This document shows, piece after piece, positions 48,024 to 57,356 of a stretch of DNA of 64,000 nucleotides (positions are counted from its first letter, which is position 1; each line of letters starts with the position of its first letter). The position numbers and the translations under genes were made by a program. Origin of the DNA: an uncultured Gammaproteobacteria bacterium (GTDB lineage Bacteria > Pseudomonadota > Gammaproteobacteria > JAADHQ01); the NCBI GenBank assembly GCA_963807455.1, contig CAWECS010000010.1, positions 31,524-95,523 on the forward strand. The letters run 5' to 3'. The notes below the pieces were generated by a model. It ran no database searches and was not told where the DNA came from. It was given only the letters and a program-made list of their open reading frames with translations.

Positions 48024-48755
48024 ATGACACAACTAGCATTAGTAATAGATTTAAACGTCTGCGTCGGCTGCCATGCCTGCGTGACCAGCTGTAAGCAATG
48101 GAACACATCTGGTCCTGCCGGTGCGATGAGTGATGATAACCCTTACGGCAAGGATCCCACCGGTACTTTTTTTAACCGCGTGCAATCATTTGAAATTGGC
48201 ACTTATCCGAACACAGAGCTGGTACATTTTCCTAAAAGTTGCTTGCATTGTGAAGAGCCTCCCTGTGTACCTGTTTGCCCGACGGGTGCCAGCTACAAGC
48301 GTGAGTCCGATGGTATTGTACTGGTCGATTATGACAAGTGTATCGGCTGCAAATATTGCTCATGGGCCTGCCCTTATGGTGCCCGTGAACTGGATGAACA
48401 TGAAAAGGTCATGAAAAAATGCACCCTTTGTGTCGATCGTATTTATGATGAATCATTACCTGAATCCGAGCGCAAACCAGCCTGTGTGCTGGCCTGCCCA
48501 ACCAATGCCCGTCTGTTTGGTGATGTACATGATTCTGAATCAGAAGTATCCGTGACCATCCGTGAATCCGGTGGCTATCAGCTGATGCCTGAGTGGGGTA
48601 CCAGCCCGGCCAACCATTATCTGCCCAGACGCAAGACCAAGATCAAGATTCATGAAGATGAATTGATACGCGCAGATAATCCGTTGAAGAAAGAAGGCCA
48701 GAAACCCAAGACGATTGTTGATGGTACTACTCTGGATGATATTACCAGTTGGTAA
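48024..48755 (+). CDS. soeB: Four-cluster ferredoxin subunit of the Mo-oxidoreductase (DmsB/PsrB-like; SoeB)
   Basis: 243 aa with four Cx2Cx2Cx3CP-type motifs. Confidence 0.65.
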   Translation: MTQLALVIDLNVCVGCHACVTSCKQWNTSGPAGAMSDDNPYGKDPTGTFFNRVQSFEIGTYPNTELVHFPKSCLHCEEPPCVPVCPTGASYKRESDGIVLVDYDKCIGCKYCSWACPYGARELDEHEKVMKKCTLCVDRIYDESLPESERKPACVLACPTNARLFGDVHDSESEVSVTIRESGGYQLMPEWGTSPANHYLPRRKTKIKIHEDELIRADNPLKKEGQKPKTIVDGTTLDDITSW

Positions 48756-48761
48756 CATCAT

Positions 48762-48887
48762 CAGTAGCGAGGAACTAGTAGCTAGTGGCTAGAAAAGTCA
48801 AAAGCAAAAGTCCTCAAAATAAATTATTTATTGAATTCAACGTAGCAAATGCCTTTCCTAGACACTAGCTACTAGCAACTAGCAACT
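48762..48887. repeat. REP-like inverted repeat pair in the soeB-soeC spacer, same family
   Basis: cAGTAGCGAGGaaCTAGTAGCTAGTGGCTAG --65 nt AT-rich-- CTAGACACTAGCTACTAGCAACTAGCAACT. Confidence 0.7.
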
Positions 48888-48890
48888 GGA

Positions 48891-49880
48891 GTGAAACGAC
48901 CCATGCATCCCGCATTTTCAGTCATATTTTTAACGACACTTATCGGTGCAGGCCAGGGTCTGTTCCTGGCACTGTTCACGGCACAAAGTTATGCTGCGGT
49001 AGGTTTTGTCAGTATACAAAACCCGCATCAGTTCTACGCCTACGGCAGTGGTATTGCTTTGCTGTTATTGATTGGCGGCCTGCTGGCTTCCTTTTTTCAC
49101 CTGGGACATCCTGAACGAGCCTGGCGCTCGGCAGCCCGCTGGCGCACATCCTGGCTGTCACGAGAAGTTATCGTGCTGCCGGCATTTATGTTTTTTGTTT
49201 TTATCTATGGCGTCATGCATTTTTTCGGCTGGGATCCCATCGTTATTGATACGCAGCAACCTCTGCAGGGCCAGCTCAGTTTATATGTTGGCATTATAGG
49301 CACAGTGCTTAGCTTTGCTTTATTTATCAGTACTGCGATGATCTACGCCTGCCTGAAATTCCTGCAGGAATGGCACAGCCCGTTAACTGTCATCAATTAT
49401 ACATTACTGGGAACAGCCTCAGGATTTACACTCGCAACCGCCTATTCCGCGATCATGGCACCTGAGCTGGTGACCCTGTTTGGCACCTGGGCAACTATTA
49501 TCACTCTGACAGCACTGGTTAGTCGTAGCGCTTCACTACTACGAAATTCACGCATCAAACATAAATCCAGCCTGCAAACGGCAATTGGTGTGCGTCATAC
49601 CAGGATTGAGCAGAAAGCCATGGGACTGATGGGTGGTTCTTTCAATACCCGCGAGTTTTTCCATGGCGCAAAAATGAGTGTATTTAAATCGATAAAATGG
49701 ATATTCCTGATATTGGTTTTCCTGGTGCCGGTCATTTTACTGACTATCGGTATGAAAAGCTCTAACCTCGATATACTGATTAGCTCGTTTGTTGTTCAAT
49801 ATATCGGCTTACTGGCAGAACGCTGGTTTTTCTTTGCACAGGCAAAACACCCTCAAAACCTGTATTACGAAACAGTGTAA
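48891..49880 (+). CDS. soeC: NrfD/PsrC-family membrane anchor subunit (SoeC)
   Basis: 329 aa with about 8 TM helices. The track start is GTG 48891. ATG 48903 (MHPAFSV...), with GGAGTG upstream, is the more likely start. Confidence 0.6.
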   Translation: MKRPMHPAFSVIFLTTLIGAGQGLFLALFTAQSYAAVGFVSIQNPHQFYAYGSGIALLLLIGGLLASFFHLGHPERAWRSAARWRTSWLSREVIVLPAFMFFVFIYGVMHFFGWDPIVIDTQQPLQGQLSLYVGIIGTVLSFALFISTAMIYACLKFLQEWHSPLTVINYTLLGTASGFTLATAYSAIMAPELVTLFGTWATIITLTALVSRSASLLRNSRIKHKSSLQTAIGVRHTRIEQKAMGLMGGSFNTREFFHGAKMSVFKSIKWIFLILVFLVPVILLTIGMKSSNLDILISSFVVQYIGLLAERWFFFAQAKHPQNLYYETV

Positions 49881-49936
49881 CGCCTGGTGGTTTGTTTACG
49901 GCGCGATGCGACTATTTATTTAAGGTAAGCCTGCCA

Positions 49937-49978
49937 AACCAAAACAGCCAGTAGCTTACTGGCTGTTTTGGTTTTTAG
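49937..49978. terminator. Bidirectional rho-independent terminator between soeC (+) and the GGDEF regulator (-)
   Basis: AACCAAAACAGCCAGTA-gctt-ACTGGCTGTTTTGGTT followed by TTT. Confidence 0.75.
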
Positions 49979-50071
49979 TTCTGAAGAACTGTCTCCATCA
50001 CAAGAGCATCAACGCTCTTGCAAACGTCATACACAAATTCCATATTACCCGTTGCAAAACTTCAATAACTA

Positions 50072-51679
50072 TTATTCAGAGCAAACAATTCTGTTACGCC
50101 CGGCTTTTTTCGCTTGATACAAGGCCTCATCCGCCAGTCGAATCAATTGATTTTCATCTAGATTGGCTGTGGCTTGCGCCAGACCGGCACTGAATGAACA
50201 GGTAAAGTTGCCATGCCCATGCAATTGCACAATAGCCGAAAATTGTTCGCGTAAATTATCAATAATAATATAAGCATCATCGACACTGGTATCAGTCAGA
50301 ATAATAGCAAACTCTTCACCACCATACCTTCCAATCAAATCTGACTTGCGTAATCGCTGTTGAAACAGGCGTGACAAGTTTTTGATGACCCTGTCTCCCA
50401 CTTGATGGCCATATTGATCATTCACCTGCTTGAACAAATCTATATCAATCATTGCAAATACCAATGGACTAGCCTGTCTGACAGACCGCATTACCTCGGC
50501 TTCCAGTCGCAGTTTTATAGTGACGTGGTTCAGCAGGCCCGTCAGGCTATCGTGATACATTAATGTACGCAGTTTCCTGAAACGTTCAACGCGCAAATTG
50601 ACCGCAATGACTAAGCCATCATCGGATACCGGCTTTTGCAAAAAATCATCCGCACCCATCTGCATGGCCGCCACCTGTTGTTGGGGATCTCTCTCCGTGG
50701 ACAAAAAGACAATGGGGATTCCGGCTAGCTCATCTTTCTGACGGATAATTTTGGCAGCCTCAAGGCCACTACATTCAGGCATGAAAATATCCATTAAAAT
50801 AAGCTCGGGATCGAATTCTTTTATGCTCTCAAATACAAGCGTTGGATCAGTTAATACTTCGGCCTGCATGCCTGAATTACGTAACACCAGGGCATAATGC
50901 TCAGCTAGTAGCGGCATATCATCTACCACGAGGATTCGATAGGGCTCAGTTTGCTTGCCTGCAATTAAAATTTCGAGACGATCCAACACCTCACTATAGT
51001 CAAGTGGCTTTTGGTAATAGCAGTCTCCACCCGCGCGTACTGCAGCAAGCCGGGCTTGCCAATCATCACGGGTAGACATAAAAATCACCGGAATAGGCGT
51101 ATCCAGCTGCTTGACAAAATCCATAACAAATTCAGGTCCGGTTAATTCACCCTCGGGCAGATTCACATCAACAATAAAGGCATCTGGAAGCCGATGTTGC
51201 ATGGCTTCAGAGGCCGTGCTGGAATCCGGAAAAACCTCCACTTGATAATCATAATGCATTAATTGGGTTTTTATTTCATCGGCCACCAATGGTTCATCTT
51301 CGATCACATAGACGCGAGGTGCGCCTCCTGTATTAACCTGCGCAACTTCACGTTGCTTGTTATCAATTTGATAAACAATATCAGGTTCATTGTGCGAGAG
51401 TTTTTCAATATCGTGTAGAGTCAGTGCGATGACATCCAGCTCATCGCTATCCGGCGTTTTATTATGCAAAGAAGTCAGCGTCTTCTCCAACTCCCGCGAT
51501 AGCTTACTCATGGCTGAATAACCAAAGGTGCCTGCTGAACCCGCCAGGTTATGGATATTCCTACTTAATTCCTTGAGTAAATCCGCATCCCTGGTGTCCA
51601 ACCACTGCTGCCACTGCTGCTGAATGGTAGCAATTTTGTCAGGCAGGACCGCGATATATTGCTCCTGCAGTTGCCTCAA
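50072..51679 (-). CDS. Hpt-REC-REC-GGDEF response regulator / diguanylate cyclase
   Basis: N-terminal Hpt (HNLAGSAGTFG). Two receiver domains (VIEDEPLVADE...D, ILVVDDMPLLAE...D). C-terminal GGDEF with intact RYGGEEF active site. Confidence 0.8.
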   Translation of the reverse strand: MRQLQEQYIAVLPDKIATIQQQWQQWLDTRDADLLKELSRNIHNLAGSAGTFGYSAMSKLSRELEKTLTSLHNKTPDSDELDVIALTLHDIEKLSHNEPDIVYQIDNKQREVAQVNTGGAPRVYVIEDEPLVADEIKTQLMHYDYQVEVFPDSSTASEAMQHRLPDAFIVDVNLPEGELTGPEFVMDFVKQLDTPIPVIFMSTRDDWQARLAAVRAGGDCYYQKPLDYSEVLDRLEILIAGKQTEPYRILVVDDMPLLAEHYALVLRNSGMQAEVLTDPTLVFESIKEFDPELILMDIFMPECSGLEAAKIIRQKDELAGIPIVFLSTERDPQQQVAAMQMGADDFLQKPVSDDGLVIAVNLRVERFRKLRTLMYHDSLTGLLNHVTIKLRLEAEVMRSVRQASPLVFAMIDIDLFKQVNDQYGHQVGDRVIKNLSRLFQQRLRKSDLIGRYGGEEFAIILTDTSVDDAYIIIDNLREQFSAIVQLHGHGNFTCSFSAGLAQATANLDENQLIRLADEALYQAKKAGRNRIVCSE

Positions 51680-52092
51680 TTTTTCGAATTTGTCCGTGCT
51701 ATCTGTAATATCTATAACCTCATTCAGTTATCCTGATATAACATCAGGCGATACATAAAAATTAACTTCCGCGAACATTATTTGAAACCTGATACCCAAA
51801 CTGCACTGATAACCTAGTAGATAATAGATAAAACAATTGAATTTATCCAGAACAATCAACGAATAGTAGACGAAACACTGACATCCTGCCTGTCCTGCTC
51901 GCCCATGGATTGATTTAGCACCCGCCTGATGGTCTTCACTAATTTTTCGCTGTCTGTTTTTGATTTGCTAAGGGCGGCGGCCACTTTTTCACTCACTGCC
52001 TTGTCAGTATCTACTCCCGAAAATATAGCCACGGGACAATCACAGAATATTAATCTACATTGGTTTACTCGACATACTCATATGATGGCGCT

Positions 52093-52737
52093 TTAATTAT
52101 CGCCAGACCAGCTCATGCCTTTATGGCAATCATTACATGGACGCTTGCTATCCTCAAACTGCTTATGTAGCTTGCCATCACTATCGAAATCCGCCGGCAA
52201 TTGATGGGCGATACCCATATGACAGTCAATACAGGTCATATTCTCACTGATGGCGCGCTTGTGTTTCACATAGGATAATTTGCTTTGACTGGCCAGCGCC
52301 ATAGACTTTATGCTGTGACAATTTCGACATTCATGCGAGTCCGATTCCTGCATAGAACCCCACACATGAGTTGCCAATGTCAGACGCTTTGCCTCAAATT
52401 TCTCTTTGGTATCGATGCTACCTATAATTTTATGAAACAATTCGTTGGTCGCCTTGACCTTGCGGATAAATTTATGCGTCCATTCACGCGGCACATGACA
52501 ATCGGGACAGGTGGCTCGCACACCGGTTCGATTCTCATAATGAATGGTATTTTTGTATTCCGTGTAAACATTCTCTTTCATCTCATGACAGGATATACAA
52601 AATGCCTCCGTATTAGTCAGCTCCATGGCAGTATTGAAGCCACCCCAGAAAATGATGCCTAGAATAAAAAACAAAATTAATGCCATGACTGGATAACGCA
52701 GGTTAAAATTGAGTATTTTTTTTATAAAATTTCTCAT
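52093..52737 (-). CDS. NapC/NirT/NrfH-family membrane quinol dehydrogenase cytochrome, with five CXXCH motifs
   Basis: N-terminal TM. Motifs CISCH, CPDCH, CRNCH, CIDCH and an extra C-terminal CNDCH. 214 aa. Overlaps the upstream napF-like gene by 4 nt. Confidence 0.75.
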   Translation of the reverse strand: MRNFIKKILNFNLRYPVMALILFFILGIIFWGGFNTAMELTNTEAFCISCHEMKENVYTEYKNTIHYENRTGVRATCPDCHVPREWTHKFIRKVKATNELFHKIIGSIDTKEKFEAKRLTLATHVWGSMQESDSHECRNCHSIKSMALASQSKLSYVKHKRAISENMTCIDCHMGIAHQLPADFDSDGKLHKQFEDSKRPCNDCHKGMSWSGDN

Positions 52738-53318
52738 GATTCAGTTTTTGCCTGCAAGGAAGTGATCAATACGGCCTTAGGCTCGACAATACAGGCTTCC
52801 CTGCACAGGCCACAACCGACACAAGTGCTCTGATTAATTCTCGGCTTTTCCATTTCCCATATCAGTGTGTCCGGCAATGGACAACTTCCATAACAGGCGC
52901 CACACTCAGGTCCCGAATAAGGCAAGCAATCGGCTGTATTAATCATTGCCTTGGCCAGTAAGGGCAAAGTAATTTCATCATCCTCTTCAACATCATCTAT
53001 AAGTAGTGCCTTTGGCTCACATGCTTTCACACAAGGCCAGTCAGCACATAAGTGACAAGCCTTGTTGAGTAAATCCAATGCCGGAGTATTCACTACTTTG
53101 GCACCCAATCTGGCCTTGAGTGGAAATATCACCTGATGTGGACAAGCACTAATACATTCACCACAACGCGTACAGGTAAGCAGAAATTCCAGCTCCTCCA
53201 GCGCATAAGGAGGACGAATCCAGCGAACAGCATCGGCTTTAACTTTATCATCCGCTTCTTTTACAACTGTCTCGGTTGCTTTACTTATTGTCTGCCTGAA
53301 AAATGCTCTTCTATCCAT
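52734..53318 (-). CDS. napF: NapF-like ferredoxin-type protein (multiple 4Fe-4S)
   Basis: 194 aa with three or four Cx2Cx2Cx3CP-like motifs (CTRCGECISACP, CHLCADWPCVKACEP, CGACYGSCP, CVGCGLCREAC). Confidence 0.6.
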   Translation of the reverse strand: MDRRAFFRQTISKATETVVKEADDKVKADAVRWIRPPYALEELEFLLTCTRCGECISACPHQVIFPLKARLGAKVVNTPALDLLNKACHLCADWPCVKACEPKALLIDDVEEDDEITLPLLAKAMINTADCLPYSGPECGACYGSCPLPDTLIWEMEKPRINQSTCVGCGLCREACIVEPKAVLITSLQAKTES

Positions 53319-53391
53319 TGTTTGCCTCGTAGCCCTCTGTTTGCTCCTGATGAACCCTTGAGACTCACCACTTCGTTGCAGTAACTCACTA

Positions 53392-53462
53392 AGTAGCGAG
53401 TGGCGAGTAGCAAGGATTTAACCTGGTTTTCCTCGCTACTAGCCACTCGCCACCAGCTACTA
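53392..53462. repeat. REP-like palindromic element (same family as the soe spacers) between the napH-like and napF-like genes
   Basis: AGTAGCGAGTGGCGAGTAGCAAGG -15 nt- CCTCGCTACTAGCCACTCGCCACCAGCTACT then TTTTTT. Confidence 0.7.
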
Positions 53463-53468
53463 TTTTTT

Positions 53469-54878
53469 CTACATCCTCATCGTCATGGGCTGTGCCATTA
53501 ACCACAGGTCAAATCCATGCATTAATAATGCGAAAATAATAATCGGTAACACCCAGAGTTTACTGGTTGCGTGAAGGCTAAAGCCCCGATAACGAATCAC
53601 CTGTATCGCTAACCAGAAACCGAATAACATCAGACCAGCCTGCAACCAGAACAGCGTATCCTGCGAAATAATCATTTGCATATGACGCTGATGTTTTTCC
53701 ATCATACTTAACGGTTGTGTTCCTATGCCCAAAGGATTCAGGAACAGAGCCACAAGATCATGTGACTCCCTGACCAGGTGATTCAGGTTATGGGCAATAT
53801 GATAGGAAAATGCCAATGGCAGGGACACGAACGCCAGTGCTGAAAAAACCTGCCGGTATCGATTCCCTGCTGCCATCCATTTATTGGCCCAATACACCAG
53901 CAACGCATATATACCGATAGGTGCCAACATGATAAACAACATGCCCACACTAAAACTGAATAGTAACTGTCCCGAATCACCGACCCAGCGACCGAATTGA
54001 CTCATGCCATCGAACCAGAATGGCAACATGGTAATACCGTGAAAACTGGTCAGGGTCAGTAGACCAAGCATGAACCAGGCCTCATCCCAGCGTGGTCTTG
54101 CATCCTGCTTCACTTCGACACTCTGTGGACGCAGTTGCCAGGATATATTCTGATGCGGACAACTCTGAACACAATTGCCACAAGAGGTACAAAAGGTATT
54201 TTGTTTGAGCGTTCCCATGACCAGGTTGGTGGGGCACGGCTCGATCAGGTCGGATCCATGATAACATTCCAGTGTCTTACAATCCGCACACACATCGTGA
54301 TTAATAGGCCTCAATTCCACGGGTGCCAGCTGCGAATAATAACCTACCGTTCTCCCTACTGGACAAAAATAGTGACAAAATGCCTTGTTCTCGAATAACG
54401 CCAGGGAGATCGTTGCCATGACCACCATTAGCAATGATAGCAGTGCTGTCGCATAAGGGGCCGTGGTCACACCGACACCCAGTTCAAACCAGGTCAGCGC
54501 CATAAACATCAGCAAGGCAGGCCAGACATTGCGTAACCAGGCAGGCACTTTCAGGTTAAGACTGTTATTAGGCTTGGCCCGCTTCCATAGTCGCCGGCGT
54601 ACGAGCCAGGTGGCGATCGCATCCCATGGGCAGATGGCACACCAGGCCGAGCCCAGAAAGAAAATGACAATAATCAGACCTGCCCACCACAAATTCCAGG
54701 TCAATACCGTGGCCAGGTTTCGCTCCGGTACCTGGGTCCCCTGCAGTCCCGCGATGATCACTGTCATAAAGATAGTCACTGCCACTATTTTCAAAAACAA
54801 TAATGGCCATGGACTCGCATTCAGGAAGCGCACCAGCCATCCAATGAGCGGAATCTTGCCTAGGGACAGACTCAGCAT
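53469..54878 (-). CDS. NapH/MauN-family integral-membrane polyferredoxin, long form with an extra C-terminal membrane domain
   Basis: CxxxCP-type motifs in a membrane context (SAWCAICPW, FCHYFCPVG) plus two soluble ferredoxin motifs (CTSCGNCVQSCP). 469 aa. Confidence 0.65.
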   Translation of the reverse strand: MLSLSLGKIPLIGWLVRFLNASPWPLLFLKIVAVTIFMTVIIAGLQGTQVPERNLATVLTWNLWWAGLIIVIFFLGSAWCAICPWDAIATWLVRRRLWKRAKPNNSLNLKVPAWLRNVWPALLMFMALTWFELGVGVTTAPYATALLSLLMVVMATISLALFENKAFCHYFCPVGRTVGYYSQLAPVELRPINHDVCADCKTLECYHGSDLIEPCPTNLVMGTLKQNTFCTSCGNCVQSCPHQNISWQLRPQSVEVKQDARPRWDEAWFMLGLLTLTSFHGITMLPFWFDGMSQFGRWVGDSGQLLFSFSVGMLFIMLAPIGIYALLVYWANKWMAAGNRYRQVFSALAFVSLPLAFSYHIAHNLNHLVRESHDLVALFLNPLGIGTQPLSMMEKHQRHMQMIISQDTLFWLQAGLMLFGFWLAIQVIRYRGFSLHATSKLWVLPIIIFALLMHGFDLWLMAQPMTMRM

Positions 54879-55560
54879 GCCTTGCCTTGACAGGCACCCT
54901 GGCTAACAACGCCCATACTGATACCAGCAACATAAAGGCCCAGACCAGATAGACCAGATACTCAGGCAAGCCCGGATGGCTCATCACCATCAGGCTTTTA
55001 TCCTGCTGAGCCGTCTGTATCTTCCCTCTCAGCAAACGTTTTCTTTGTGCAATATTGACCAGCACGAGTACAGAAAAAATCGCCATCGCGGCTATACCAA
55101 TCGGACCAATGGCTGAATCCTGCCCTATCTTTAATGGAAAATCGATCGTGTAGGGCTCACCTTGCGCGTGAAAATTTGCGCTGATAATATATTTACCCGC
55201 TTCATTGATCAGAAAGCCCTGCCGGTAAACTCCATCATCAATATTCTGCGTTCCCAAAGTTTCTCGATGGCCACCGAACCAGCGATCATCACGTATTGTA
55301 AATTCGACCTGGCCATCAAATGGCTTGCCACTGTCACGATGCGTAGCATACAGATTCAAGCGCCCCTGCTTACCCGGCTCGGGAAAGGCGGGATAAACCA
55401 TGTAGGTGACGTAGTAATTACCTATCTGGGTTTCAACCTGCATACTGGGCGGGGTGTTGGAATCCTCACTCAGGCTGTAAGCAGGTCGACCGAGGACATG
55501 GTGTGCGCTAACACTGTCACTAACTAAAATTGCCATCAAGCAGATCAGTGTTCGAATCAT
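54879..55560 (-). CDS. Periplasmic protein with signal peptide and His-His motif, ending in a TM helix. Its frame runs without a stop into the napH-like gene; the 3' boundary is unresolved and a frameshifted fusion is possible.
   Basis: The track ORF 54568–55560 is protein-like only for its first ~225 aa (MIRTLICLMAILVSDSVSAHHVLGRPAYS...TM LVYLVWAFMLLVSVWALLA). The remainder overlaps the napH-like gene out of frame. Confidence 0.4.
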
Positions 55561-55631
55561 CTATTTAAAAACCTTTATGTAAATTAAATAATATTAAGCT
55601 CTGGCGCATATCATCACTTTATTTTTACCTG

Positions 55632-56264
55632 TCATCGTATCCATTTATGCCGTTGACCAGCACCATGCTTTGCTATTGTACCATCCTCACGATTGACTAC
55701 CCAGATAGGCAGACTCGGGTGGGGACAGACTTCAACACATAAACCGCAACCGACACAACCATCACGCACAACCGGCTTATAGAAATTAGCGAAATCAAAT
55801 CCGATCGCTCGATCCCCCAATGGGCATATCGCCACACAGGCACCACAGACGCCCTGATCAACCCAGGGATAACAAGCACTCTGATCGATTTGCGCAATAC
55901 CCATATCGACCTCGAGTCTTGGTGTCGGTGTCAGCGATTCTGTCGGGCATACGTCCATACATTTATCACACAGAATACAGGCCTTTTGTTCAGGATCAAT
56001 ATAGGGGGTATTGATTTTATCTCCGCCTTCACGGGTATAAAAACGGATACAACGTGGAGGGCAAACTTCACCACAGAGGCCGCAGCCAATACAGGCTGAT
56101 ATAAATGCTTGATCATCTTTCAATGCACCCGGCGGGCGTAGACGCCGACGCACATCCGCCTGTGCCGAGGGTGAAATAACCCTTGAAAAACCGAATGGCA
56201 ATGACGCCGCCAGTAGCACGACCAGGGAGCGTGCTGTTGTTGTCAGAAAACTGCGTCTTTTCAT
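55632..56264 (-). CDS. napG: NapG/MauM-family periplasmic 4x[4Fe-4S] ferredoxin with Tat signal, second copy
   Basis: MKRRSFLTTTARSLVVLLAASLP Tat leader. Four Cx2Cx2Cx3CP motifs. Confidence 0.75.
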   Translation of the reverse strand: MKRRSFLTTTARSLVVLLAASLPFGFSRVISPSAQADVRRRLRPPGALKDDQAFISACIGCGLCGEVCPPRCIRFYTREGGDKINTPYIDPEQKACILCDKCMDVCPTESLTPTPRLEVDMGIAQIDQSACYPWVDQGVCGACVAICPLGDRAIGFDFANFYKPVVRDGCVGCGLCVEVCPHPSLPIWVVNREDGTIAKHGAGQRHKWIR

Positions 56265-56278
56265 GATTGCATGCTCAA

Positions 56279-57307
56279 TTAGACGTTTTGATCCGTCGCT
56301 GTTTTTGTCTGCTCACGTTTATACGTTCTACTCAGGTGACCAGGGCCCTGATATGGCTGGTCTTTTATACCTAGTTTGAATTCAAACGCATCGGTCGGAC
56401 AAATCGCAATGCAGGCCGTGCAGTTATTACACTCTTGGCCGAAATCATCACGCAACGGGTCCAGGCCAAACTCACAGATAGCATTACACTTGGCACAATC
56501 ATTACAATCCTCGACCACACGCTGTATACGCAACAAACGAAAGCGCCCCAGAAGTGAATACAATGCCCCTCCCGGGCACAGATAACGACAGAAACCTCGC
56601 CGTGATACAAACAGATCAAATAACAGCGTGGCAAAGAAAAACACAGCGCCGGCACCAAAACCACCCAGCACCACATGACTGTAACCACCTAAAGCGATGC
56701 CATAATAAATTTCCCGCCCGACAATGGCCGGTGGATAAATAGCCGCCGTCAGCACGGCACCTGTTAATGCAGATAACACGAGTCCAACCACCAATACCAA
56801 ATACTTGAAACGGCGGTCGAGACGGCGATTACCCGTATGCAAACCCAGCTTATGTAACAAGACGGCCAGATTGGTATTCAATTCATACAAGAACGTCGCT
56901 GGACATATCCAGCCACAATAAAAACGTCCTAGTAACATCGTCAATATCAACGGTATCAAAGCGGTCAATGCAAACGGCCAATAGACTGTCATTGCGGCTG
57001 CCGTCTGCGATACGACTGCCAAAGGATCGCTTAGCTTCAATCCAAAAAATGTCCCTGACCAGGTATTACCTTTTATATTATCCAACTGTGTTTCCGGATC
57101 GGATACAAATGGCGAAGTCAGTGTCTCCATGACGGTATAGATCTGTTTCTCACCTGGGGACAACAGGTCATAGGCATGTGAGGCTATGTAGGTTTGATAC
57201 AAATGAATAAAAGGGAGTAACAACAGCATTAAAAACACGAACGTCAACACAAACCAACGTAACTTGTTTATATGACGTATATGAAAAATCTTATTCGCAG
57301 ATGACAT
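56279..57307 (-). CDS. napH: NapH-family membrane-bound quinol dehydrogenase ferredoxin
   Basis: 342 aa. Membrane CxxxCP motifs (FYCGWICPATF, FCRYLCPGGALY) plus two C-terminal 4Fe-4S motifs (CNDCAKCNAICEF, CNNCTACIAICP). Confidence 0.8.
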   Translation of the reverse strand: MSSANKIFHIRHINKLRWFVLTFVFLMLLLLPFIHLYQTYIASHAYDLLSPGEKQIYTVMETLTSPFVSDPETQLDNIKGNTWSGTFFGLKLSDPLAVVSQTAAAMTVYWPFALTALIPLILTMLLGRFYCGWICPATFLYELNTNLAVLLHKLGLHTGNRRLDRRFKYLVLVVGLVLSALTGAVLTAAIYPPAIVGREIYYGIALGGYSHVVLGGFGAGAVFFFATLLFDLFVSRRGFCRYLCPGGALYSLLGRFRLLRIQRVVEDCNDCAKCNAICEFGLDPLRDDFGQECNNCTACIAICPTDAFEFKLGIKDQPYQGPGHLSRTYKREQTKTATDQNV

Positions 57308-57356
57308 AATAATTAACTCAAGCTTTCAGCTTAACGCTGGCTGGCGGATAACATGC

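Noticed and set aside
47917-48887. Possible CRISPR array suggested by repeated CTAGTAGCTAG words
   Set aside because: There are only two inverted-repeat pairs, with no regular direct-repeat/spacer periodicity and no cas genes. They fit REP-like palindromes better.
51860-52060. Possible unlisted ~60-codon minus-strand ORF (…DKAVSEKVAAALSKSKTDSEKLVKTIRRVLNQSMGEQDRQ…) between the GGDEF regulator and the NapC-like gene
   Set aside because: No ATG start, and only a doubtful GTG, no clear ribosome-binding site and no recognisable family. Could be a remnant. Not reported as a feature.
54568-54878. C-terminal 100 codons of track ORF 54568–55560
   Set aside because: Junk-like composition, out of frame over the well-supported napH-like N-terminus. 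Interpreted as read-through caused by a missing stop or a frameshift.
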